Source: Epithemia pelagica (Eukaryota > Protista > Bacillariophyta). From it: DNA of 64,000 nucleotides. The position numbers were made by a program, and so were the translations under genes. Location: the NCBI GenBank assembly GCA_946965045.2, contig OX337235.1:2976001-3040000 (forward strand). Direction: 5' to 3'. The notes beneath the pieces were generated by a model. The model was not told where the DNA came from. It saw only the letters and a program-made list of their open reading frames with translations, and did not search any database. Below, piece by piece: positions 41,820 through 53,162 of this stretch (positions within the stretch are counted from its first letter, which is position 1; each line of letters opens with the position of its first letter).

Positions 41820-44800
41820 CTAAGTCGTGGAGGTGCTCACTCGGATCTTGATTGCGCGCGCTTGAGAATATTGGGCGCGCACGTGTAGGGCCATAGTTAA
41901 TTTCCGAGCGGTTGTTGATAATGCGCGCATTGCGAGCATGCCATGGCCGAAATTAAAGGTCCGCGAGCATGTCGTCATTCTGTTCTCACTTTTCATGAAA
42001 TGCGAAGGAATATAGGTCGATATAGCGCCAGCTAGGGAACATAGGACGGAGATGGGCGGCATAGATGGTGCTTCGAAGCCTCGGGACTCGGCTAACCGAT
42101 GAGATGCCGGATCTAACCAATGGATAACGGTGAGAATCCTACTACTCCCCACAACTCGTTGGTTCAGCCTTGTCATCGTTGGATTTGTTGAGTTCTCGTA
42201 CTTCTCCACTCCAGAATAACCATGGCTTGAGTAGGGGTCAGATGGTTGCAAATTCCCAATGCTTGCTAAGGATGTCAGCAGGGTTGGTCTCCCCATCCTT
42301 CCAATAGAATACAACATACTTTGCTGCGATGGCTTCTTGTACTCGGTGATACGACAGAAGCTTCCATTATGTGTTGTATGCTGGAATGTATCAACGATAA
42401 CGTCTTCAGATTGCCGATCAAAGAATGGACAGAACTTCTCCCAGTCATATGCTTCCTGGTAACAACGGTGGACAGAGGCATGAAGGGTAATAGGATCATT
42501 GCCATTTGCATCAGCATATACAGAGAAGAATGATGTTTTGTCAGGTCCATGGTCATACGGCAAATCCAAAAGAAGATTGAGATTGCAGACAACACGATCT
42601 TTGTACTCCCCATAATTGCCATATGGATAGTTCACCATGCTACCATCAGTGTTGACTTGTTGCCAAGAAGTAGAAGCAGGGTCATGCGATGGGTCAGAAT
42701 GTGAATGATCCAAAACACCAGGATCCCATGTATCAGGTGATGTGAAGATGATCTGAGGTAACGTCTCCATGTCATCATCACTGGGGATACCTAAGGAGTG
42801 AATGTATGCTAGTCCCTCTTTGATGTGCAGAGACATAGCACGGCCATCAAGTGTTGTGATGCATTGTTTTCCATCAACTTTAACGGATCGTTCATCAACA
42901 GCATGTCCGAAGTGCTCGAATTGTCCAGGAGCATGGATCGATTGTCCTTTTCCGTGGAATGCATATTCATTGAAGATGCCAATAATGGGTCCATCATTGG
43001 TTTCAAACTTAGCGGCACATGTGACAATAGGAATCTCAGTAAGCTCATGATTGTCGATACCCATAATGGATATATGACGACCAGTCTTAGAAAGGATGCG
43101 CATGTCAGAACCAGCAAGTCCTCCATTAGCACCACGGTCAACCAATTGGTTTCCTGGGAGAGTAGATTTCCTGGAAGACAGATAGTGCAGTATGTGTCCT
43201 TCCTGTTTATGCATATTGGCCTTGAGGCTAACCTTCTTGCTTGTTTTTGACTTGGCGTTGGATAGAACACTGGTCAAGTCAGACGCTGGATGATTGATGT
43301 CAGTCGTCATGGCTTGGTTGATGAATTGTGTAACTGGATCTGACTCATCTTGATGCTTGGAAGTCGCACCAAGTGAAGCGTTTTTAGAAACAGCTTCTTG
43401 ACTGGGGTCAGGATCAGGTTCCGGATCAATGTCAAGGGCATGCGTCTGCACTTTCCTTGGCGTTGTTGATGATGGTGCATGAATCATCTTGTTGTACTCA
43501 ATGATCAACTTGCGATCTTCTTCAGAAAGTTTGAACCATAGGTCACGTGGCAGACTAACCTTAGATGAAGAGGATGGAGAGTCAGATGTCACGTTAGTGT
43601 TGTGAACATGATACTCCATATCATCTTGTGGGGTTAAGTCAGCATCTGTATCTTGGCCATATTGTGAATCATGTTGTTTGACATATCGACGGCAACTATG
43701 TGCAGATGACTGGGTTGCTTGATCATGGTCATAAGCTACGTCTAGAAGGAGACGGAAGTATGATTGATAGCAAAGGGATTTTGCACCGGATTTGGTGTTC
43801 ACCACGTTGTCCAAGATCTTGACTCGGCAGAGATCAGGTACCTTTTCTACAGCTTGCATGAGGAAAGTCATCCTGGTATGATCAGGGATGCAATCAGACA
43901 ATGTCACAAGATTGTCTAGCAAACGTAGCTGCTCTTGAAAGTGTAGAAGAAATTGACGTGTTGTTCCGCGCCATGTGTCATCAAGACGTAGATTGGAAAT
44001 GTAGTTGGTTAAACGTAGGACTTCTCGTTTTGCGAGATCAGATTCGGTATGTAATGAATGTAACTTCTTCAATACGGCACGCGCATCTTCATCATGTTCA
44101 TGTTCACGTACATAGGCTCGACCTTGGTCAGTCTGGATAATACGGACAAGAACGGAGTAAAGAAATACTTGTTGCTCTTGGAATAGTTCTTCAGCATACT
44201 CATCATCTTTGGGAGGTGTGTACTTGAAATTCAGAATGTTGGATAGGCCTTGTGCCTTAGCTGTAGTCTTGAATACACGCCAGAATGAATCGTAGTATCG
44301 TTCATCCTTGAATACCTCATATGCAGTTGCGTCGCGCTTAGTTCCCTTTCTGAACGCCGTTAGGTCTTGTTGAGATTGGGATGCAGCAGTAACTGTGCTG
44401 ACAGATTTTGCAGATGACGGCGACTTCATTGGCGAGACTGGGACTTGGCTAGGTTGTCCATTGGAGAAATTTGTATTGATCCTCCAAATGTTGAACTCTT
44501 TCCTCGTTAGGTTCATCCAGTCGCTATTGGATAGCTCATCTTGAATTTCACTGGTCTTGTGTATGGCCCAATAGGCTAAGAGCTTGATCTGTTGTCTTGT
44601 AGGACCTTGCAGATCATGCGTCTTGTTGTTGACCTTGTATTGGGTTAGTTCATTCATGGATTCCTCAGTATTGGTTTGCATGTACGAGATAACATGAGTA
44701 ATGTTCTCAAAACCATGGTATTTCATCCACTTCATTAAATAGTCAGCTCTTTCTTTGGTAAAGTATTGACAGACAGTATATATGATGTGGTCGAATAAGT

Positions 44801-44873
44801 CTGTGTTCGAGACATTGTCTTGGTTATCTTCTCCCTTAGGAGTCGTAGGTGTCTTGGGTGGTTGAGGATCCAT
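41820..44873 (-). pseudogene. gag: gag-protease of the nested copia, truncated by deletion
   Basis: Homologous to 47481-49980 (FRKGTKRDA, VDRGANGGLAG). After TFQHTTHNG it jumps out of frame into RNase H end sequence. Confidence 0.9.
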
Positions 44874-45043
44874 GGTAGTACTTGATTGGTTTTATTTAAT
44901 GTGTGGTGTGATCGGAACCCGGATGTACCACGTATGTACCACGGATAAAGTACCCGGATGTGTGTTGTGATGTCCAAAACGTAACCCGGATGTGCGGAAC
45001 TCGGTTTTGTCTCTGGTTTGGTGTGAAAACGACTTAAAGATAC

Positions 45044-45351
45044 TTATTCTTGGTCACTTCCAGACTCGTTGCGGTGATCGAGTTGAACCGGGGAGTCAGG
45101 AACAGTGGTAGCTTGCTCGTCTTGCTCGTAGTCCTCAACAAAGTGGTTCACTGGTCAGGTGAGTATTGGGAAGGTAGTTGCACGGAGTCCTGGTGCAGCT
45201 TGAGGTCCTGGAATAGGAGAGGGTTGGTGACCCTAGCCTTAGCCAGGCTGGCCCTGTTGTTGGGTTGGGTAGCTTTGTCCTCTAACTCTTGTTTGGTGGG
45301 GTATCTCAATCTGTAATGGGTGTTGATGGGTAAGTAAGGTTCCAAATGCAA
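45044..45351 (-). pseudogene. Remnant of ORF0 in the nested copia
   Basis: LFQDLKLHQD-(frameshift)-RATTFPILT*PVNHF...GSDQE* aligns with host ORF0 FVHEIHLCQDFRATIYPLFTQHVNHL...ESDQE*. Confidence 0.65.
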
Positions 45352-45369
45352 CTGCAGGGAAATAAGCAG

Positions 45370-45383
45370 TGAGACTGTTAATC
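45370..45383 (-). promoter_or_regulatory. Primer-binding site GATTAACAGTCTCA (nested element)
   Basis: Abuts the 5' LTR and is identical to the host-element PBS. Confidence 0.75.
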
Positions 45384-46494
45384 TAGTAGAATTCTTTCAA
45401 ATTCATGGGGGATAATGCTTGGTAGAGCAGACAATCAGGTAGTCACCAACCGATACAAACCTCTCCACGGGTAAGAGAGGAAAGCAAGTCGTAGTCTATC
45501 AAAAGGATAGTCGGGACACAAAAGAGGATGTGATAAATGGTGATATTGTTAGATTGTGAGCTTTAGGACTACGGTGTGTGTTTTGATGTGCAGGTCTGGC
45601 CAGGGTGCATGACTGATATATTCATGGCGCTGACAGGACTGGTCTGGTTGGAGTAGACATGGATATTGTGTATTGGAAGTATATGCACTTGTATATCATA
45701 TACTAATGCCAACAGCTCTGCTTTGTTGTGATATAGGTAGTTTTCTTGGCGCGTTGCCGTTTGCATTCTTTGATTTGTGGGAATAGAGATATGGTCTCGC
45801 GTGATCGTGATTCGTGCTTCGGTTACTTAGGCCGTTGGGCTAAGTCGTGGAGGTGCTCACTCGGATCTTGATTGCGCGCGCTTGAGAATATTGGGCGCGC
45901 ACGTGTAGGGCCATAGTTAATTTCCGAGCGGTTGTTGATAATGCGCGCATTGCGAGCATGCCATGGCCGAAATTAAAGGTCCGCGAGCATGTCGTCATTC
46001 TGTTCTCACTTTTCATGAAATGCGAAGGAATATAGGTCGATATAGCGCCAGCTAGGGAACATAGGACGGAGATGGGCGGCATAGATGGTGTTTCGAAGCC
46101 TCGGGACTCGGCTAACCGATGAGATGCCGGATCTAACAAATGGATAACGGTGAGAATCCTACTAAATATACACCAATGCCGGTCTACTCCAACCAGTGAG
46201 GACCTATCACACCAGATCCATGGCCGTATACAAGAGCCAGGACTTCGGCACCATCAACCACCTTAGTTAGTAATCGTCTCACAATCATTAATATCACCAT
46301 TTTAACACTCATCTTAAGACTAACCTCTTATCAGTGGACCGACTGCCCCCACCCACGGCGGACTTCGACTTGCAACTCTTCTCTGACCCGTGGAGGATTG
46401 TTGTATCGGTTGGTGATTCGATTGTTGGCTCAGCGAGCCTTTTACCTATCCTACCTATCTGTCTAACCCCTGTTGAATCGAGAGAAGTTTATCA

Positions 46495-46508
46495 GATTAA
46501 CAGTCTCA
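46495..46508 (+). promoter_or_regulatory. Primer-binding site GATTAACAGTCTCA (host element)
   Basis: Abuts the LTR end. The reverse complement TGAGA-CTGTTAA-TC has the form of a tRNA-Asn(GTT) anticodon arm. Confidence 0.75.
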
Positions 46509-46532
46509 TCGTTTATTTCCGAGAAGCTTTCG

Positions 46533-47288
46533 ATGTCTCACGACGATTCCAACCTCTCTATTCGACACATCTTTCATTCCTTCCAACAAAGCGGGGAGGA
46601 ACTCCATCCACCCGTGTCCCATCCGGGCGAGCCCTTGATTGAAACTCCGAAACAGACCCCGACTCAGGCCAGTGCTCCGAATCCCTTCCAGACCCCGGAC
46701 CAAGTGGTCCAGCCTCCTTCGATTCCGACTCACCCTTCGACTCCGCCTCGCCGTTTGAACCCTACTCGCACCCAACGTACGAGCCGTCTTCTTACTGCGC
46801 ATATCCGACACTTCCGCGAGCCGACCGAGTCGACTACCGACCCCGACGTGATCCGTTCCACAACCGAACGCGAGATCGATTTCCAGTCCGTCCAACCCGT
46901 GACTGACCTTGAGGACATCCAACGACTTCTCGACCTCTTGTACCAGTGCTCGAGACGCCGTTTCATTGTCCAAGCCCTGTTGGGCAACCCTGTGGAACCC
47001 ATCCGTATTCGATTCATCTCCTTTGAACGTCCAACCAACTACTTCCACACCATCTGGATCGTCAACTCGACGACGAATCCGCTACCTACCCCGACTACTC
47101 GTCTCGACGAGTACGTCTCCTTTGTTCACGAGATCCATCTCTGCCAGGATTTCCGTGCGACTATCTACCCTCTCTTCACTCAACACGTGAACCACTTGTT
47201 GGAAGACGACAACGTTGAAGAACTAGCCACTACAGTGACCGATTCCGCACCTCGTCTTCAGTACCGAGCCGAAAGTGACCAAGAATAA
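46533..47288 (+). CDS. ORF0: uncharacterised 251-aa ORF between the PBS and gag of the copia element
   Basis: Open ATG-TAA frame with a Pro/Thr-rich N-terminal half. The C-terminal part is conserved in the nested relative. Confidence 0.6.
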   Translation: MSHDDSNLSIRHIFHSFQQSGEELHPPVSHPGEPLIETPKQTPTQASAPNPFQTPDQVVQPPSIPTHPSTPPRRLNPTRTQRTSRLLTAHIRHFREPTESTTDPDVIRSTTEREIDFQSVQPVTDLEDIQRLLDLLYQCSRRRFIVQALLGNPVEPIRIRFISFERPTNYFHTIWIVNSTTNPLPTPTTRLDEYVSFVHEIHLCQDFRATIYPLFTQHVNHLLEDDNVEELATTVTDSAPRLQYRAESDQE

Positions 47289-47480
47289 GTAACTTTACGT
47301 AGTTTCTACACCAAACCAGACACAAAACCGAGTTCCGCACATCCGGGTTCCAAGCACATCACACATCCGGGTACCAACATACGTGTCACATCCGGGTTCT
47401 TTTCACACCGGTTAAATAAAATTTTCGCAAGGACATCACGCTACACACTGTGATAACAGCTGAACCATACAAGTACTATC

Positions 47481-50400
47481 ATGGAAGCGACACCTCCCAA
47501 GACACCGTTTACTCCTCCTGAGGACAAGTCAAGTCATATAACCAACCAAGATCTCTTCGACCATATAACTAAAGGCATCTTTGGTTGTAATGATGAACGA
47601 GCCCAATCACTTCAAAAGTGGATGCGACATCATGGTTTTGAACATATCCTTCATGTCCTCGACCATGTTGCAACTGATCCCGAGGAGACACTCAAGGATC
47701 TCATGCAATACAAGGTTGGAAAACAAGTCAACGACCTACAGACAAGTACAAGATTACAACTCAAACTAATGGCATATTGGTTACTACAACAACGGCAACT
47801 CCAACATGGAAAACTACCCCGTGCTACATGCATGAACCTCACGAGGGACCAATATAACGATTGGAGGATCAACACCGACTTTACCAAGTCTGGTATGAAC
47901 CAAGACCCAGTTTCTCCTCTGAAATCACCTGCACACTCCGTATCATCCCGATCTCCCACTACATCCTCTACAACATCTCAATCCATGTTAGATCTCTCTG
48001 CTTTCAAGAAAGGAACCAAAAGAGATGCAACAGCATTTGAATCATTCAAAGACGAACGATACTTTGATTTGTTTTGGCGTGTATTCAAATCAACTGCGAA
48101 AGCACAAGGATTGTCGAATGTTCTTGATTTCGATTACAAGGTACCCAAGGATGACGAATGCGCAGAGTTACTTTTCCGAGAACAACAAGTCTTTGTCTAT
48201 TCTGTACTTGTACGTATTATCCAAACCGACCAAGGAAGAGCATATGTTTGAGAACATGAACATGATGAAGATGCAAGAGCCGTCTTGAAGAAACTCCATG
48301 TTCTACACACTGAATCTGATCTAGCTAAGCGAGAAGTGTTACGCCTAACAAGCTACATTTCGAATCTTCGACTGGATGACTCTTGGCGTGGTACAACTCG
48401 TCAGTTTCTCCTACATTTTCAAGAACAGCTACGACTTCTGGATAATCTTGTACCACTGTCAGATCGTATCCATGACCATACAAGGATGACCTTCCTTATG
48501 CAAGCTGTTGAAAAGGTACCTGATTTAAGACGAGTCAAGATCTTGGATAACGTTGTCAACACAAAATCTGGAGCCAAGTCTCTCTGTTATCAATCATATT
48601 TCCGCCTGCTTCTTGATGCTGCTTTTGACCATGACCAAGCTACCCGAACTTCTGCGTCTAACCGCCGTCGTCATGTAAAGCAACATGAATTTCAGTTGGA
48701 TGAACCTTTTGAACCAGTGGAGCCCCCTGACTACCAGATCAACAACACGAATATCCAATCCGAAAAGTCCCCAACTTCGTCGAAAATCAGCCTTCCAAGA
48801 GATGTATGGTTTAAACTCTCTGAAGAGGATCGGCAAATCATTGTCGACTTCAATAAATCCGTCCAAGATTCCCCGACAACTCCACGCAAGGTCCAAACAC
48901 ATTCTCTTGACATTGATCCTGAACCAGACCCTGATCCTGATGCCAACAACATTGGTGATACCCATCAAGATGCACCAGAACAAGATCCATTCGATACATC
49001 CTCTGATCCGGTTACCCAGTTCGTACACCAGGCTATTGCATCGACAGATATCAATCATCCAGCATCTGACCTCAGCAACATCTTGTCAACTTCTACGACA
49101 AAGTCAAGTCCTAAAGTCAAGTTCAAGTCTTCTGCCGATCACAAACAAAAGGTTCATATGTCACGATATCTATTCTCCCGCAAATCCACCTTTTCTGGTA
49201 ATCAACTCATCGATCGAGGTGCCAATGGAGGCCTTGCAGGATCTGACATGCGTATCCTTGCCAAAACCGGACGTCATATTACCATCGTAGGTATTGACAA
49301 TCATGAATTGACTGGCCTTCCAGTTGTTACCTGTGCTGCCAAGTTTGATACAAGTGATGGACCCATTATTGGTATCTTCAATGAGTATGCCCACTATGGA
49401 AAGGGTTTATCTATCCATGCCCCAGCGCAATTTGAACATTTCGGCCTATCTGTCGACGAACGATCCGTCAAGGTTGATGGCAAACAACGCATTACTACCC
49501 TTGATGGACGTGCATTGCCCTTACGAATCAAGGATGGCCTTGCATACATTCAATCTCTGGGAATCCCTTCTGATGACGATATGGATAAATATCCGCATAT
49601 TGTGTTCACTTCACCCCATATCTGGGATCCTTCTGTTCTTGACCATACCCATCCAGACCCCCATCAAGACCCTGCACCGAACTGGACATCTGTGGAGACT
49701 GATGGTAGTATGGAAACATACCCCTATGACCAATATGGGGAGTATACCGATCGCGTTGTATGCACTTTGAATCTCCTCCTTGATCTCCCATATGATCATG
49801 GCCCCGATACACCTTCCTTCTTTTCCATCTATGCTGATCAAGATGGCAACGACCCCACACTTCATGCGTCTGTCCACAAACTCTACAAGGAACAATACGA
49901 CTGGAAGAAATTTCGCCCTTTCTTTGGGTGGCAATCGGAAGACGTAATCGCCGATACGTTCAAGCATACAACTCGTCATGGACACATTTCCTTTGACCAG
50001 GATACCTTGAAGAAACACTTTAAGGCCCGGAATCCTATCCTTAACCTACCACGACGGCATGAACCCGTTGCCACTGACTCCATCTTCTCCGACACCCCGG
50101 CTGTTAACCATGGTGGCAAGATTGCTCAGATTTTTGTTGGTCGTGATACTTTGGTTACTGACATTTATGGTATCAATTCTACCAAGCAATTCGTCAATAC
50201 CCTCCAGGATAACATTCGTACACGTGGTGTCATGGAGACTTTGATCAGTGATGGTGGTTCGTCACTTATTTCCCACAAGGTCAAGGATATTCTTCGCACC
50301 CTTCTGATTGGTGAATACCGTTCCGAGCCCTATCATCAACACCAGAACAAAGCTGAGAACCGCTACCAGACCGTTAAGTGTATGACCAATGCTATCATGA

Positions 50401-53162
50401 ATGCCTCTGGTTGCCCTGCTTCTGCATGGTTACTTTGTTTAGAATATGTGTGTGACCTCCTCAATCACACTTCCTCTCCCACCCACTCTGGCCGCACCCC
50501 TCTTGAGGCTCTTACCGGTACCCCACCCGACATTACCCATCTCCTTTTCTTTCCTTTCTGGGATGAGGTCTACTATCGTGTCGACCCTTCTGAACCTACC
50601 TCCGGTTCTTACCCTTCGTCTCCCGACGAGAAGATTGGCCACTGGGTTGGTTTTGCCCACAATGTTGGTGATGCCTTTACTTGGAAGATCCTCACTGCCG
50701 ACAACGTCATCATCTACCGTTCCGCTGTCCGTCGCGTTGCCTCCACTACCCCCAACCTTCGTGTGGATATCTCTTCAGGGGAGGAGTCGCCGCATAAACC
50801 CACTGACAAGCAAGGTGACACTGTCTTTATTCGCAGCAGAAGTGAAGACCCATCCACACCTATGCCAACAATTGACTACGACAATTTAGTTGGACGCACA
50901 TTCCTTTGTGACACTGAAGAGAATGGGGAGCGCCACCGAGCACGAGTAATCAAACGAGTTGTTGACCTGGAACAAGATGCAACCAAACAAGAAGATCGAC
51001 TCAAATATATCTTTCGCAAGTCTAACTCCAATGTTGATGAGATGATCTCCTACAACCAGCTCATGGAATACATTGAAAGGGATAATCAAGCCCAAACGAC
51101 AGGGGATAGTCTCTTCCGATTCAGAGACGTTATTGCACACCAAGGACCTTTGAACTCAAGCGACCCAGACTATAAAGGGAGTAAATATAATGTCCTTGTT
51201 GATTGGGAGACTGGGGAGACGACATACGAACCTCTATCTCTTATTGCAAATGATGACCCCATCACAGTCGCCATCTATGCCAAGAAAAATGGTTTGCTGG
51301 ATCTACCTGGATGGAAACATCTCAAGCGATACGTCAAGACAAGCAAAAGACTCATTCAAGCAGCTAAACAATCCAGGATCAAACAAGTTCGTCGCTCTAT
51401 CAAGTACAAGTTTGGTTTCCAAGTACCTCGCACCTATGAAGAAGCAGTGGAACTAGACAAGCAATTTGGGAACACGAAATGGCAAGACGCAACAGAATTG
51501 GAACTCTCACAGATCCAATCGTATAACACTTTCAAGGACCATGGAAAAGCCAAGTTCATTAATGGGAAATTGGCCAATGCACCAGAAGGATATCATAAGA
51601 TAAGAGTACATCTGGTCTTTGATGTCAAGCATGACGGAAGGCACAAGGCACGACTTGTTGCAGATGGACATCTCACCAAGGAACCCGTTGAGACCATCTA
51701 TTCAGGGGTTGTCTCCATTTGCAACCTTCGCATTGCCATATTTCTTGGAACCATGAACGACATGGAAATATGGGGAGCAGATATTGGGAACGCATACCTA
51801 GAAGCATTGACAGGAGAGAAGATTTTCATCATTGCAGGACCAGAGTTCAAGGAGTTAGAAGGACATATCTTGATCATCTACAAGGCATTATATGGTCTCA
51901 AATCCTCAGGTGCTCGCTGGCATGACAAACTGTTTGATGTTCTCATTGATATGGGATTTTCTCCAAGCAAGGCTGACCCTGATATTTGGATGAAGAAGGC
52001 TCCTGGAGAAGACTGTTATGAATATATCGCTGTATATGTTGATGACTTAGCTATCGTTGCCATGGACCCTGAAGCTGTCTGCAAGATCTTTACAGAAAAA
52101 TACAACTTCAAACTCAAAGGAGTCGGACCTATCGAGTATCATTTGGGGTGTCGTTATACCAAAGATCCAGACGGTACACTTGTGTTTGACCCACGAAGGT
52201 ACATCGAGAAGATGATGGATACCTATGAACGATTGTTCAATGAGAAACCCAAGAAAGCAAAGCCGCCAGTCATTGCTAAAGATCATCCTGAACTCGATGA
52301 CTCTGAGCTCTTAGATGAAGAAGGGACCCAGCATTTCCAGACTCTTATTGGACAACTGCAATGGCTAATTACCATTGGCCGTTTTGATGTCTTTCCTGCT
52401 ACCATGACTCTATCAAGGTTCAGAGCTGCTCCAAGGATTGGTCATTTGAAGCGAGCTAAACGCATCTATGGATACCTCATGTCATTTCCTGATGGGTCTA
52501 TCAGATTCCGCACTGGGGAGCCAGATTTATCAGCTTTACCTATCCAAGAATACGATTGGAGTCGTACCGTATACATGGACGCCAAGGAACGTATCCCTGA
52601 GGACTGTCCAACCCCACTTGGACGTTTTGTGACAACTATACATTATGTCGACGCAAATCTCATGCATGATATGGTTACTGGGAAAGCAGTTACAGCCATC
52701 CTGCATTTTGTAAATGGTACACCCGTGGACTGGTACAGTAAGCGACAAGCCACAGTGGAAACAGCCACGTATGGATCTGAATTTGTTGCCGCAAGGACTG
52801 CAGTTGATCAGATCACGGAGCTACGCCTTACACTCCGATACTTGGGAGTCCCTCTGCGAGAGAAGAGTTACATGTTTGGAGATAACCGTTCTGTCGTTAT
52901 CAATAGCACCACACCACACTCAATCATCTCCAAGAGGCACCATCTCCTATCCTATCACCGAGTCAGTGAAGCTATCGCTGCAAAGTACATCGCATTCTAC
53001 TGGAAAGATGGAAAGACAAACCCAGCTGATATCCTCAGTAAACATTGGGAATTCGCCGCAGTTTGGCCCATGCTCAGATCTTTGTTATTCTGGAGAGGAA
53101 AAATCCAGGAAAGTGATGAGGGAATTGACAATCCTCATTCAACGAATTGTGGGGAGTGTTAG
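47481..53162 (+). pseudogene. pol: Copia gag-pol polyprotein with one premature TGA (48249-48251)
   Basis: ORFs 47481-48251 and 48285-53162 are in frame, reading RAYV*EHEH versus RAYVREHEH in the relative. PR IDRGANGGLAG; IN VATD, ISDGG, HQNKAE; RT KARLVA, LYGLKSSG, YVDD; RH YVDA, GDN, NPADILSK. Confidence 0.92.
53148..53156 (+). promoter_or_regulatory. Short polypurine tract (TGTGGGGAG)
   Basis: Directly precedes the 3' LTR. The same 9-mer precedes the 3' LTR of the nested element. Confidence 0.7.

Larger units (their letters stand above)
41364..46164 (-). mobile_element. Nested non-autonomous copia relative (4801 bp) with 781-bp LTRs (41364-42144 and 45384-46164)
   Basis: AATAT TSD at 41359-41363 and 46165-46169. 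LTRs differ at 2 positions by eye. Purine tract GGGGAG abuts the 3' LTR (42145-42150). A ~3-kb internal deletion (junction ~42363) removes IN, RT and most of RNase H. Confidence 0.95.

Noticed and set aside
48249-48251. TGA in the copia polyprotein as a Tca2-like gag/pol readthrough site
   Set aside because: It falls inside gag, the relative has Arg there, and CGA>TGA decay is the simpler explanation.
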